Positions 27,811 to 43,804 of a stretch of 64,000 nucleotides of DNA are shown piece by piece. The position numbers and the translations under genes were made by a program. Position 1 is the stretch's first letter. The number at the start of each line of letters is the position of its first letter. The notes beneath the pieces are model-generated. The model saw only the letters and a program-made list of their open reading frames with translations, was not told the DNA's origin and did not search any database. The DNA comes from Octopus vulgaris. Taxonomy: Eukaryota. The stretch lies in the NCBI GenBank assembly GCA_951406725.2, contig OX597839.1, forward strand, positions 39,804,001-39,868,000, written 5' to 3'.

Positions 27811-28072
27811 TATTTATATACATATACACACACGCACAAAAATGCACGCACACACACAAACAGACACACACACATGTTTATTATATATATATATATATAG
27901 ATATTTATATACATACACACACACGCACACATATACACACATATATACGACGAGCATCTTTCAGTTTCTGAACCCGGAACCATGAGATTGAAAAGTATAT
28001 GCATACAGAACTTATGATTGCAAGAAAAATTCTTAAACTCATCACCATGTGCAGAAACGGGTGTATGTGTTC

Positions 28073-28106
<34 letters not shown>

Positions 28107-28313
28107 GTGTGTATATATGTGTGTGTGTGTATGTGTGTATGTGTGTGTGTGTGTGTGTGTGTGGTATGTGTTCATGTGTGTATATATGGAAATACACTCA
28201 CACTCTGTCACACAGACACACAATACTCACTCATTTGTGAGGTGAAAAGTACGAATAGACAAAAGACTTCTATATTCATTGATCAAATTTTTAGAGAAAG
28301 CGAGAGAGAGAGA

Positions 28314-28349
<36 letters not shown>

Positions 28350-28427
28350 GAGAGAGTGGGAAAGAGGAAGAATGGGAGAGAGAAAGTAGAGATGGGGAGA
28401 AGCGAAAGAGAGACACGGGACGAAGAT

Positions 28428-28460
<33 letters not shown>

Positions 28461-29371
28461 CGGGGATGGTGGTCAGAAGCGATGCGATAAGAACTTAAAG
28501 AATCCTCCTCAGATAACGAGTTTTCGAAACAAGTGTTGCATTGTGGGAAGTGGGTCAACCATGTGATTTCATTACTCATCACTTAAACATGTTTGTTGTT
28601 GTTGTTGTTGTTGTTGTTGCTCTTTAACCCAAAGTTAACCGTAACCGAACGTACTAATGATTAAAGGCATTCCAGGCATGGCCATCCACCCAGTATTTTT
28701 CACGCATTATTTAGCCAAAGCTGTTTTTTTTTTATCGTTCATCTTTTACCTGGGTCATTCATTGATCTGCGGCCACGCTGGGGCATTGCTATGAAATGTT
28801 TTCGTTAAATCGAACCACGTAGTTATGTGTTTGTTAAGAGCGGTACTTATTCTGTCGATCTCCCTTACTGAACCGCTAATTAACGTGCCATAAACAAACC
28901 AACATCGGCTGTAAGAAAAGGAAAACACAGGACCAGTGTCATAAATATACGCGCACACACAAACACACATACACGCATACATGTACATATACATAACTAC
29001 AAATTTCGAAATATACCCTGACACATACTAAGGGTCACATACAAAGTATGTCCCCGCAAAATATCTTCCTCCTATCTTCTAAGGCATGAAACTACAGTTT
29101 GTTCTCCATTTCCACATCATATTCAAAATGGCGACGAAGTAAACCAACGGATATAATTCGTTTTACATATTCCTCCTTACATTTTGTCCGCTCTGGGTCT
29201 CTTTTCTCCTTTCATTTTTGATGAAGGGCTTACATCCGAAACGTGAGACCAATTGTAATTTTCTTCAAGGAATAATTCAATATTGATCATTTTCATCAGA
29301 TATATATATATATATATATATACATATACACACGCAGATACATACATAAATGCATATACACACATCTATTC

Positions 29372-29402
<31 letters not shown>

Positions 29403-30112
29403 CATTCATATATACGTGCATTTATACATACATTCACTCACACACACACACGCTTATATGTATGTGTGTGTCTGTGTGTGTGTAAAAACATACATATATA
29501 CATACATATAGTTCTATAATTTATCTACATGTATAATATATATATTCATACGTATCTGTGTATTGCACCGGTCGCATAGCTAACCGGTCCTAAATTCTGT
29601 GTGTCCCACAGGTACACATCTTGCCTCTTATTGATTTTACCCTTTAGGATCGCCCTTAAAGTGTTACCCACCGTTCATGTTCTTTTGACTTTGAGGCTGT
29701 TTTCTGTCCGTTTCTTATTTATTTCGTCTTTGTCCTTCGTCCATCGGCCTAAATTCCCAAATTACATTCAATCACTTTCGTATGTCCACTTCTGTTTCGC
29801 TTGTTACTCAAATATTGTTTGCTCTCGGACCTATATTCTCCGCAAATTTCGCGGGCACCACCAGCATGAGAAGCATCTGAATCATATTATGAATGATGCG
29901 AAACTGAGTAATACCATCTGGTTGATAACTGATGAAAAATTAGGGAACTTCTGTGTTTGTCTTCCGTCTGTTTGTGCTTTCAATATACATTTTGCCGTTC
30001 GTCTGTGCATTCATTATACACGTTTTTTTGTTTACGCATTTACTATACATTTTTATCCCTTATTAAGTAACGGAACGCAACGCACCCTCGATTTTATTAA
30101 CAGTAAGTTTTA

Positions 30113-30152
<40 letters not shown>

Positions 30153-30279
30153 CATATATGTATATATATGTATATATACACATATATAAACACATATATA
30201 TTTGTTTATATATGTATATATATGTATATATATATAAACACACACACACATATATATATATATACATAAATATATACGT

Positions 30280-30327
<48 letters not shown>

Positions 30328-30527
30328 AAACATATATGTAAAGGTTCACACACGTAAGTATGTCAGAAGTATGTCTTTCCATACATATATATATATATTT
30401 ATATATATATATATATATACATAGATATATACATATATAAACTTATATATATATATATACACACACATATATATATGAACATATATGTAAATGGTCGCAC
30501 ACATAAGTATGTCAGAAGTATGTCTTT

Positions 30528-30603
<76 letters not shown>

Positions 30604-30677
30604 GTGTGTACATCGGCTTGCTGTAGTTGTGTTTTATGCGCATATTTCATGGTACATCTATAAATATTTATATATAT

Positions 30678-30711
<34 letters not shown>

Positions 30712-31177
30712 GTGTGTGTGTGGTTTATACAAGACGTGTAATGGTAATGCTGTTAGTGTTTGTGTATGTGTCTGTATATGTGTGCATGCGTGTATGTGTA
30801 AATATGTTTCTGTGTGTGTGTCTGCGTATACGTATGCGGCTGCATAACAAAGAACTCGTAACAAACAATGTGATATCGTTCCACAGACTCCCACTACAAC
30901 GACGAAGATGCCATGGACGTCTTTTCAGCCACATTTCGGGGTTATGTATGTCCTTTGACCTCCGAACTTTGCTATTTGACACTCGACACCTGACACCCAC
31001 CAAAATGTCATTCACGCAAGATCAGAAATAGAAGAGATGAAAGAATCTTCGAATTATCAGAAACCGCCGGCCCACCCCTTCCACCAACGGCGTGAAAAAC
31101 AAGGAAAAGAAAAAAAAAAATAAACGAGGAACACAAGACAATAAAAACTAGCTCTCGGAACACATTTGCAGCGTGCT

Positions 31178-31216
<39 letters not shown>

Positions 31217-31781
31217 GTGTGTGTGCGTGCGTGTGTGTGTGTCTCTCTCTGTCTATGTCTGTCTGCCTGTCTCAAAGACACATCTATTACGGTTAAACCA
31301 TCACATCAAACAGTGTGTAACAATACTGTTATCGATTGTTTTTAAATGGGAACACACATACACACACACGCGTGTACATACACATGCACATACGAATACA
31401 CACGTACATACACATACAAATACTAATACACACGTACATACACATACAAATAGTAATACACACGTATATACACTTAGGCATACGAATACACACCTACATA
31501 GATACACATATACATACACACGCACACACACAAATAGACACCCAGGCAGACAGTCCCACGCACATAATTATACACACAGGCACAGACACACAGACAGACA
31601 TATATATATATACAAAAATACACACTGTCCCTCTATCTATCGATCTGTCTGTCTGTCTATCTGTTCATATGCACGTGCGTGTGTCTGTATGTATTTATGT
31701 AATTATATATGTATATACATGCGTATATATGTATATATGAAGACATAGATATATACATACTGACACACATGCACGTGTGTG

Positions 31782-31840
<59 letters not shown>

Positions 31841-31851
31841 CATATATATAC

Positions 31852-31901
<50 letters not shown>

Positions 31902-31902
31902 G

Positions 31903-31985
<83 letters not shown>

Positions 31986-32669
31986 GTATATATATATATG
32001 TATATATATATATGTACATATATATTTGTATATATATATGTATATATACATATATATGTGTATGTATATATATATATTTGTATGTATGTATGTATATATA
32101 TATATTTGTTTGCGGTTACTATGGTGAGATATTGTACACAATTCATGTAATGATTGTTTTGGAAATTGAAACGGTCTGAGTTTCTGTAACCGTGTGATCG
32201 CTCATGTGACAGCAACTGTATATTCAAACGTGCGTATGATTGTGTCTGCGTGTATACGCACAGTCTTGTGTGTGTACATTACTTTCTAGTGACTAAAAGA
32301 ACCAAACGATTGAACAATTACTTAAGCGCTTCTCAAATACATACACCCAGTCACACCCACGCAAGTACTGTCAAAAGCAAAGCCAGACGACTTATCGGCC
32401 TAATAACTCCTCTGCGCATGTGCAAACTAACTTAACTGCGACCATATTGTTTCGCCAATTTCGCACGAGTTTCTGTTACTATTCCGGGTAAACTTCCCTT
32501 CTATGAGGCATTGTCGATGGCAGGAATGAGGGCGTCAAATACTGGCTGGGCAATCGACGTGTATGTCAGTTGTGGAGTAGTGCTTAAAACTTATCAATTG
32601 AAATAACGAAGAAATTTTTGGCGGGGATAGATTTCAGATATTTTACGCCATAGTAACGAGGCCAGTTAA

Positions 32670-32839
32670 TCATCATCATCATCATCATCATCATCATTAT
32701 CGTAATCAACATCATCACTATTATCATCACCATCATCGTCATCATCGTCATCATCACCATCATCGTCATCGTCATCATCGTCATCATCAGCATCATTGTC
32801 ATCGTCATCATCACCATCACCATCATCACCATCATCATC

Positions 32840-32885
<46 letters not shown>

Positions 32886-32962
32886 CCATCATCGTCATCA
32901 TCGTCATCATCAGCATCATTGTCATCGTCATCATCACCATCACCATCATCACCATCATCATC

Positions 32963-33008
<46 letters not shown>

Positions 33009-33121
33009 CCATCATCGTCATCATCGTCATCATCAGCATCATTGTCATCGTCATCATCACCATCACCATCATCACCATCATCATCATCATCATCATCACC
33101 ATCACCATCACCATCATCATC

Positions 33122-33170
<49 letters not shown>
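32670..33170. repeat. (CAT)n with 123-bp higher-order repeat, 3 copies
   Basis: The CAGCATCATTGTC variant recurs at about 32788, 32911 and 33034. Confidence 0.88.
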
Positions 33171-33171
<1 letters not shown>

Positions 33172-33390
33172 TTAGGCGGGTGGGTTGGTAGAATCGTCAG
33201 CGAGCCGGGCGAAATATTTTTTATGGTATTTCGTCTCTATTTACGTCCAGAGTTCAAATTTCCTCCGAGGTCAACTTTGCCTTTCATCCTTTCGGGGGTT
33301 TGATAGAGCGAGTACCAGTCAAGTCGGTGTGAACGGCTTTCCTCCTTCCCGCCAAAATTTCATTTCAGGCTTTGTGCCTATAGAAGAAAG
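33172..33390 (+). mobile_element. SINE family B, decayed
   Basis: AGGCGGG..GGTTGGTAGAATCGTCAGCG...GAGTTCAAATTTCCTCCGAGGTCAACTTTGCCTTTCATCCTTTCGGGG. Confidence 0.78.
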
Positions 33391-33402
33391 AACGAACCAT
33401 CG

Positions 33403-33467
<65 letters not shown>

Positions 33468-33788
33468 GTCGTCGTCGTCGTCACCACTACCGCTTCATCC
33501 TCATCAACTTCATCGATATTACCACCTCCACTACGAGCACTACCACCACCACCACCACCACCACCACTACCACCATCATCTTCACTATCATAACCAACAC
33601 CACCGTCACTACCACTACAATGATCACCATCATCACTATCAACACCACTACCAATTTTACTACTACTACTACTACTACTACCACAAGCACCACCACCACC
33701 ACCACCATTGCTATTACTACTACTACTACTACGAACAGCACCACCACCATTGCTACTACTACTACTACGACCAGCACCACCACCATTG

Positions 33789-33840
<52 letters not shown>

Positions 33841-34080
33841 AACCACCATCACCTGGTCATAACCATCACTCCTCATCACTATTACTCCATCATTATCGTC
33901 CTCCTCCTTCTCATCATCACCATCACCATCACCATCATCATCATCACTACCAGATTGTTTCCATTTTATACTCCTTTTCAATGCACTTTAGTTTCATGAA
34001 AAGATGTTACCTTGTTACTCGATCGATTTATTTTTTTCTTTTCGTTTGTAATATTTTTGTTATGTTTTTTTTCTTTTTTT

Positions 34081-34477
34081 TTTTTTTCGATTGGCTAACA
34101 TCTATTGTGATGACCGGAAGCCAATTCAGACTCCCAAACTAAATAACCCTTTTATATCTGAACGACCATTTACAATGAAAAATGCTGCTTTTACTGTATC
34201 GCTTCCATGTAGCTGTCTGGTACGTAGCTTGCTTACCAACCACATGGTTCCGGGTTCAGTCCCACTGCGTGGCACTTTTTTTTTTTTTTTTTCGATTGGC
34301 TAACATCTATGACCGGAAGCCAATTCAGACTCCCAAACTAAATAACCCTTTTATATCTGAACGACCATTTACAATGAAAAATGCTGCTTTTACTGTATCG
34401 CTTCCATGTAGCTGTCTGGTACGTAGCTTGCTTACTAACCACATGGTTCCGGGTTCAGTTCCACTGCGTGGCACTTT
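34081..34477 (+). repeat. ~205-bp tandem duplication including a SINE A head
   Basis: CGATTGGCTAACATCTAT... starts at 34088 and at 34293; the junction lies in a T run. Confidence 0.92.
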
Positions 34478-34902
34478 GGGCAAGTGTCTTCTACTATAGC
34501 CTCGGGCCAACCAAAGCCTTGTGAGTGGATTTGGTAGACGGAAATTGAAAGAAGCCCGTCGTATATATGTATGTATATATATATAAAGGGAAAGTTTACG
34601 AAAATAAACAAAAGACGAAGGCAGGTGGAGTACAAACAAACAAATGTATTAGTATAGCGCTCAGGAATAGAAAAAGTCTTTTACGTTTCGAGCCTACGCT
34701 CTTCGACAGAAAGGAACACAGAAAAAACAAGGAGAGAAACAAGGAGAGAGAAAAATGCGTGTATGAGCTAACGATCTATCATGGCGTCCTATATATCTAA
34801 ACATATGTATGTGAGTGTATATGTCTGTGTGTCTGTGTTTGTCCCCCCAACATCGCTTGACAAGCGATACTGGTGTGTTTACATCCCCGTAACTTAGCGG
34901 TT
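34405..34902 (+). mobile_element. SINE family A with nested hammerhead-bearing insert (34586-34790, minus; family F)
   Basis: The SINE halves are separated at the TA tract. Minus strand 34678-34713 reads CTTT [CTGTCGA] A GAGC-GTAG-GCTC [GAA] ACGT A AAAG. Confidence 0.8.
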
Positions 34903-35529
34903 GTTGTTGTTACAAAGATGATGATGATGATGATGATTATGATAATGATGATCGTTGCTTGAATGCAGGATATCACTTAAAGCTAATATGCACGACGAAC
35001 ATGACTACCAGTTTTCGTTCCACCTCAGCCTCTCTGATTTCGAATCCTGCTGTGATCAGTCTTGTTCTCTCTCTGTCTAAGGTCGATAAAATAAAGTATT
35101 CGTTTAAGACAGTGAAGCGTCCGAATAGTCATCGTTTTGGACAAGTTTCCTTGCAGTGTTTGATTTCGGTCACTCTGAGAACTCAGTCACCCATATGCTA
35201 TGCCCAGGAGTTTGTTGTTGTTGCTGTTGTCTTCTTCTTCCACTTCAAATCAGGACTCACGCCATTAGCCACAAAGAATAATTTCTAATTCGAGCCTACT
35301 CTAATCTACTAAGAATGCGTGTGGCCGCATGAAGATCCACCCACCACACGCGATAGACTCGCGGTTGCTCGGGCGCGAAAGCTACGTTGTTATCCTCATT
35401 CCGTAAACGGTGGCTTTTAACATGTGGAGGGCTGAACCATCCTGGGGTACAGAGGATTCACAATCTAGACTAGGGTCTGAAAGTTTACCACACCATAGTG
35501 TGTTTCACCACGGTACCTCTGCTTTGTGG

Positions 35530-35722
35530 CAGAAGTAGGAAGAAGGATTGAGAGAAAGTTGTGGTGAAAGAATACAGTGGAGTTCGCCCCCACCAACTTG
35601 TAGCCTCGTGGAGCTTAGGTGTTTTTGCTCAATAAACACCCACAATGCACAGTCTGGGAATCGAAACCGTGTTATTACGACTGCGAGTCCGCTGCCCTAA
35701 CCACTGGGCCATTGTGCCTCCA
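35530..35722 (-). mobile_element. tRNA-derived SINE family C, 5' part
   Basis: Minus strand GTGGAGGCACAATGGCCCAGTGGTTAGGGCAGCGGACTCGCAGTC...GGTTTCGATTCCCAGAC...; same body as 61167-61484. Confidence 0.78.
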
Positions 35723-36637
35723 CTGTTGTTGTTGTTGATTTCTTGAGCTGTTTATTCCACTTTCTTTACATTCCGGTTCTTCGATGGTCGTTTTAAACTT
35801 CAATCGATTTAACATCAACCTCTGGCATCTAAGGGTGCCTTCACCTGCGTACGGTAAGTCGCGATCACTGAGTCCCTGTCGCACGACTCTGGGGATCAAT
35901 TCGCTCACCACGAATTCACTACATCGCAGCAGGGACGGAACCCTAAACCACATGCTTACAAATGGAGGTTCATAACCACACAGCCGTACCTGGGAAATCA
36001 AGCAACCACGCTTAGGTTCTCATCATGACAAATATTACCGGAAGTATATAGGTACTCAAAAGTTAAAAAAAAAAAAAAATGTCCGCCTCAGGAATATTAC
36101 ATTACAAAAGACATTATCTATTTATGATTATGAAATCCTTTCCTTTCATATATTCTTTCATTTCTGTTTCCTTCCATTTCCTTCCTAGCTCATTGTTCTT
36201 CAGAATTTCTTCAATGTCTTGGGAATTTCAGTAATAATATTCTTTTGTCATTTCTTTCGATCTTCTGTTAACGATTTTCGTTTTTCTTCTCAACAATAAC
36301 TACCCTATTGACATCTTCTTTAGAAATTCGTTGTCTGTTGAGGAAACTCTACTACACATGCAGTTATCAATCAACAGTTTCAGTCGCTATCGAGTGCTTT
36401 CTGCTTGTGTACAGATGTGTGTACACACTCGTGTGTGTGTGTATGTGTGTGCGTGAGCATGTGTACATATGTGTGCGCTTTTGTGTGTTTCTGTGTATTT
36501 GTTGTATGTTTACGCATGAGCCTGTATCTGTGTTTGGTTGAGTGTTCGTACATATACATGCGTGAATGTGTATGCATGTACGCACTTATATAGCTGTACA
36601 TCTATACCTTTATATATATAGATCTATCACTTTCTCC

Positions 36638-36698
<61 letters not shown>

Positions 36699-36723
36699 CA
36701 TATATATATACATACATATATAC

Positions 36724-36798
<75 letters not shown>

Positions 36799-36902
36799 CA
36801 CACATATATATATACACACACATATATATATATATACATATATATGTATATATATATATACACATATATATATACACATATATATATATATATGTATATA
36901 TT

Positions 36903-36951
<49 letters not shown>

Positions 36952-37301
36952 CTATACGTGCATACTTATCTATGCATAATATGTACGTCCACACAGAAAC
37001 ACAGACATTGTCAATTGTATCTCCGCAAAAATTGCATACGAGTATATATATGTATATGTATGTAAGTATGTATGTATGTATGTATATATATATATGTACA
37101 TGTACACACAATCACTCTTTTGTATGTATATGTCCATATGATCACTATATAAAATAAGTATATAATGGTTAACATCTATATTTATATATCTATATGTATT
37201 GCTCTCTCTAAATAATGTGCATATGTATATGAACGAAAACATACATTCATATATATGTATATGTGTATATATATATGTGTGTGTGTGTATGTATATATAT
37301 G

Positions 37302-37347
<46 letters not shown>

Positions 37348-37489
37348 AATATATACGTTTGTTTGTATAATATACATGAGGGTTAAACTTCGGTAACGTT
37401 GTTGCAATTCCCAATTTTTGTTCAGCGGGAATCAAGGAGCATAAATTGCACCAGTTGACCCTCATACATTGCAATGACTGTAGTAGCAG

Positions 37490-37993
<504 letters not shown>

Positions 37994-38240
37994 CCGTCAA
38001 ATATTTTGTTACCTTTGAAAACATCTTTCAAACCGTGAATGTCATATTGCGATTTATTTCTGTTCGTACTGGAAATAGCTTCATTGTTCCTGGGTACGTC
38101 GTTTAATATATTTTATAATTATTGAAAAATCAGATGTAGTCACATCTCCGAAAATAGCAGTGGGTCTACATTCAATACACCATAAACGATACACACACAC
38201 ACTCATGTATATACATATATAATGTATATATATATTTAAA

Positions 38241-38343
<103 letters not shown>

Positions 38344-38660
38344 GTGTATATAGCTTCTGTAATATTTTGTGATGGAAATTGGATTTTGTTGAGGAAAATG
38401 TTACTTGTATTCACATACAATATATTGCATATAATCCAATATCATTATTCCTCAGAGTGAAAATTAGGGAACACATCATTTGGTGGAATCTGCCTTATTA
38501 TTTTATATAACAGGTTTTCACGTTCTGACGCTCACCTGAACTCAAGAAAGCATTTCCCTAATGACATAAGATCTATAATGAAAAACAGAGCGTTATGATG
38601 AGCGATATTTGCTCCAAAAACCTCTCTTCTTATATTGGGAGAATAAACTCTTGATATATA

Positions 38661-38860
38661 CTCTTTTACTCTTTTGTTTCAGTCATGTGACTGCGGCCAT
38701 GCTGGAGCACCACCTTTAGTCGTGCAAATCGACCCCGGGACTTATTCATCGTAAGCCTAGTACTTATTCTATCGGTCTCTTTTGCCGAACCGCTAGGGGA
38801 CGGGGACATAAACGCACCAGCATCCGTTGTCAAGCAATGCTAGGGGGAAAAACACAGACA
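38661..38860 (-). mobile_element. SINE family A, 3' half
   Basis: Reverse complement of the tail and the right body. Confidence 0.85.
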
Positions 38861-39424
38861 CACACACACACACACACACACATTTATATCAAAAAAAGTT
38901 TACAAAAACACGGCAAACAGAAAATTTTACAAAGCCAAAATAAACATAAAATTTCGTCGCTTATTCCTCATCAGTCAACGTCCAAAAAATCATTACAATT
39001 TCGCACCTTTAACGTTGATATTCTTCACTTTTTGGTGGCGCCTGTGACAAAAAGTCAATGGAAATAGCTAGCGAACGTACATGAAAATGATGGAAAGAAA
39101 TACGACAAAATATAATATACATATGCAAGACAGACTGAGATGAGGTAACACAAAGGGAATTGAAAATGTCCGGTAGGATTGGAGACTGAAGAAGGACAGA
39201 CAGAAAGTCAGAACGAACGAAGAAGTATTAGGGAGAGAAGGAGTGAGAAAGAGAGAGGGAGGAAGGCAAAAGAGAGGCAAAGAAAGACAAAAATGCTATA
39301 CTTGCATGGCTACTCTGTTGATATTGAACTTCCGGTGAAGGAACCATGGATCTATGTTAGAAACCGGCTCTTTTGTCATGGCAAAAAATCTAGAAATACC
39401 GCTATAAAATGCCGACCTACTCAG

Positions 39425-40010
39425 GTACCTACCTTCCTACCTACCTACCTACATACCTACCTACCTACCTACCTACCTACCTACCTACCTATCTATCTAT
39501 CTATCTAACTATCTAACTATCTATCTATCTACATACATACCTACATACATACCTACATACCTACCTACCTACCTACCTACCTACCTATCTACCTACCTAC
39601 ACACCTACCTACCTACCTACATACCTACCTACTTATCCACCTACCTACCTACCTACCTACCTGCCTACCTACCTACCTACCTACCTTCCTACATACATAC
39701 CTATCTACCTACCTACCTTCTTACATACATACATACCTATCAACCTACCTACCTACATACATACATACATACATACGTACATACATACATACATACATAC
39801 ATACATACATACATACATACATACATACATACATACATACATACATACATACATACATACATACATACATAAATACATACATACATACATACATACATAC
39901 ATACATACACACATACATGCACACATACATACACATACATACATACACACATACATACATACATACATACATACACACATACATACACACATACATACTT
40001 GTGCATACAT
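39425..40010. repeat. (CCTA)n/(CATA)n tetranucleotide tract
   Basis: Direct read. Confidence 0.95.
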
Positions 40011-40138
40011 GCATACATATTTATATAATCGAATATGTTGGAGTCAACAAGAAGTACTCCCTCTTGTCGGCTCCAACTTATTCAATTATCCATTCACACA
40101 CTACAGAAGCCCAAACACAAATCTAGAAGCATGTATAA

Positions 40139-40178
<40 letters not shown>

Positions 40179-40288
40179 GGACAGCACAGGGTGAAATCTG
40201 AAGGTGGACCAGCTTTATACTGTACTGTGCTACGTTCTTTACAGAATACAACATAACTACACACTTATACACACACATACACAAACAC

Positions 40289-40335
<47 letters not shown>

Positions 40336-40970
40336 TACACACAGGTTTGCTAACGTAATATAGAGAAACAGATCTCGATGGACAGAGTGAAACTTATCAG
40401 TTTTTACTCTTATTAGCTGTGAAGCTACAGAAGTTACTCATGAAGCATCACATCAGACATAAGATATATCCGTATACGTATATGTTTATACGTACGCACA
40501 AAGATACAGGTACATAGATACACAGATACACACATGCACAAACACACACAGACATACATATATATATAAGATATATTCTAATATGAGTTACTTTTGCACC
40601 AACGGTAAAAACTAATTTTGTGTAAAGAAAGATTCTCACATAAAGCGCAGAAACGCGCGCACACACAAATACCCACATATTTGTATATACACGCCACGCG
40701 TATGTAAGGATATATAAAAGTATATACAAGCGTCTACATTCTAACATAGCCACACTGCAGTCAGAGACACAGAATAATATGTGCCCACACATATGCACGT
40801 ACGCACAAATAAATATACCGAGATACACATACACCGTGATCATAACGTCGGGTGAATCACTGTCTTTTAATATACACACATATACACAAATATATCATGT
40901 GTGTGGATGTATGTATGTATATATGTAAGTAAGTATGTACATATATGTGTGTGTGTGTGTGTATTTTTAC

Positions 40971-41027
<57 letters not shown>

Positions 41028-41102
41028 ATATACACATAAAAACGTATGGATATATAAATATGTATCCATGTAAAGAGGCATACATATGATATATATATAT
41101 AC

Positions 41103-41138
<36 letters not shown>

Positions 41139-41311
41139 CTATATTACATATATGCATATAATTATTCATGCATGTATACACGCACACACACACACAAACA
41201 CACAGAAACACACAAACACATGTATATATAAACGTACTCGTGTAGATGTAATATATACATACATTTGTGTATGTGTGCGTATATGTATGCATGTATGTAT
41301 GTATGTATGCA

Positions 41312-41353
<42 letters not shown>

Positions 41354-41625
41354 TGCATATATATGAATATGAAAATATGTATATATATTATTAAATAACA
41401 GGTCAACCGGAAACCGGCTTTATTAGGTCTCGGAACATTCTGGTGAAATAGTCCAGTCAGAAAATCGCGACTCATCTCATACTTGCCACCCACCCAGTAA
41501 CATGCCACCCGACCACCCGACCATACGTCCACCCGAACTCTTAATCATTCTTATTCTGTTTATATCGCTCTTCAACACCTCCGTGACTGTATATACATAC
41601 ATGCATACATACATGCAAACATACA

Positions 41626-41665
<40 letters not shown>

Positions 41666-41680
41666 AACTCGCGCGCGCAC

Positions 41681-41720
<40 letters not shown>

Positions 41721-41951
41721 TCGAACACACACACACATATATATACATTTATTTATGTATGTATATACATACATGCAATATATATATATATATATATATA
41801 CAAGCATACATACACACGTATACACACATATATACGAACATATATGTATACACATATATAAATATATATATACATATATATTCATACATAAATATATATA
41901 CATGCATACGCATATATATATACGTACATATATATATATATATACATTCAT

Positions 41952-42008
<57 letters not shown>

Positions 42009-42479
42009 TATACATATATATACACACATATACATATATACATACATATACCTACATATATATCCACACAAACACAAACACACACATACACACACACATA
42101 TATAGTGATGTGCCTGTGTTACTTGTCTGTGTCTTTCACTTAGTTTTTTGCCTTCAATCTCTTTATCCTTCTCTTTCGCACCCCGCCCCCATCTTCTCTC
42201 TTTGTCATATTGTATTTCTCACTGATTTTGAGAGCTTGTATTCACCATCCACCATATTCTCTTCGTTCTCGAAATCTATTTCTCGCTCTCATTCCTCGTC
42301 TAACAAAGAAGGTTCTCTTGGGTGTTTTAGCCATAAAAGACGCCATTTTGAGATAGGCGACCATGTGAGCGAATTGGGTTCTTTGGTGTTGTTCCTTGCT
42401 GTAGTGATTTGTGCAGGATAAATGAGAGTCCGGTTCGTAGCCAGAAAGGAAGTGGCAATGTGAATGAGGGAGGGAAAGG

Positions 42480-42489
42480 GAGAGAGAGT

Positions 42490-42545
<56 letters not shown>

Positions 42546-42664
42546 CTGAAAGAGGGTTAGAGAAAAAGACGTTGAGAGACATGGAGAAAAATATAGAGGG
42601 AAAGTCATAGCGAGCGAGAGAGAGAGAGACAGCGAAAGAGTCAGAAAGACTGAGAGAGGCACCG

Positions 42665-42704
<40 letters not shown>

Positions 42705-42987
42705 ATAAAGAGAAATAGAGAGAAACAGAGAGGGGGCGAAAGAGGGACATAGAAAAAGAAAGAAAGAAAGAAAGAGTGAGAGAGGCAGGCTGAAAGAGGG
42801 GTACAGAAAAAGACGTAGAGAGACATGGAGAAAAATATAGAGGGAAAGTCAAAGTGAGAGAGAGAGAGACAGCGAGAGAGTCAGAAAGACTAAGAGAGGC
42901 ACTGGAGAAAGAGAGAGAGAGAGAGAGAGGCTGAAAAAGAGATAGAGAGAAACAGAGAGGGGACAACAGAGGGACATAGAAAAAGAA

Positions 42988-43035
<48 letters not shown>
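42480..43035. repeat. GA-rich polypurine tract containing a ~244-bp tandem duplication
   Basis: AGGCTGAAAGAGGG...GACATGGAGAAAAATATAGAGGGAAAGTCA...GTCAGAAAGACT at about 42543 and 42787. Confidence 0.85.
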
Positions 43036-43037
<2 letters not shown>

Positions 43038-43242
43038 CAGACACTCTCGCAGAGATAATTAATTGCCAAATTCGAAAATTGAAAAAGCACCAATCGTAAC
43101 CATTTTCCTATCTTTCCAGTTTATGCTAATCTGTTCATTGAACTCTCGAATTCCCTCGTGACGAGTTCGGGCAGATGTGATTCGTTTCGGCAACTTTTAC
43201 ACACACCGTATCACTCCCTCTCTTCCCTTTTCATTATCATAC

Positions 43243-43308
<66 letters not shown>

Positions 43309-43642
43309 ATGTATTTGTGCGTTTCTTTGTCAGTATATAACCCTTACGCGTTCTATATTTTTTTTTGTCTTTCTAATATTTTTATCGTTACAAGTTCCGA
43401 TATGTGTTCAACCAAACAAAAAAAAAAAAAAGAAAAAGAAAAAAATAATCATGATATCAGAATATTTCGGAATAAATACTAAATTCGGCGGTTAGGCAGT
43501 TGGTAATTTTACGCAGCTAAGATGGAGATTATTCGCCAACACCGAGGGACACTTTGGACTTTTGATATGTATTTTCTCGCGTTCTTGCGAAATATCGAAA
43601 TATGCCTCATGATTATATTATTCTATGGTTTGTATGATATAT

Positions 43643-43679
<37 letters not shown>

Positions 43680-43804
43680 GTGAATGACATATACACTATT
43701 ATAAAATTATTTATGCCTTCTGACTTTTACGCATGCTGACCACCGGGTTAAATTATTTGATAATTTTTTACTTTTGTATTTATAAAGTTATATGCATAAT
43801 AAAT

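Noticed and set aside
29214-29250. TTGATGA-AGGG..TCC-GAAACGTG motif
   Set aside because: The GUG triplet violates the NUH rule and stem I is weak; likely a dead copy.
29600-29880. Possible RTE RT C-terminal relic (minus strand) and the 222-aa plus ORF
   Set aside because: Too degenerate to call, and the ORF tail is TA repeat.
37376-37475. Short inverted ends ATGAGGGTTAA / TTGACCCTCAT, possible mariner-type MITE
   Set aside because: Only about 11 bp, imperfect, single copy and no clear TSD.
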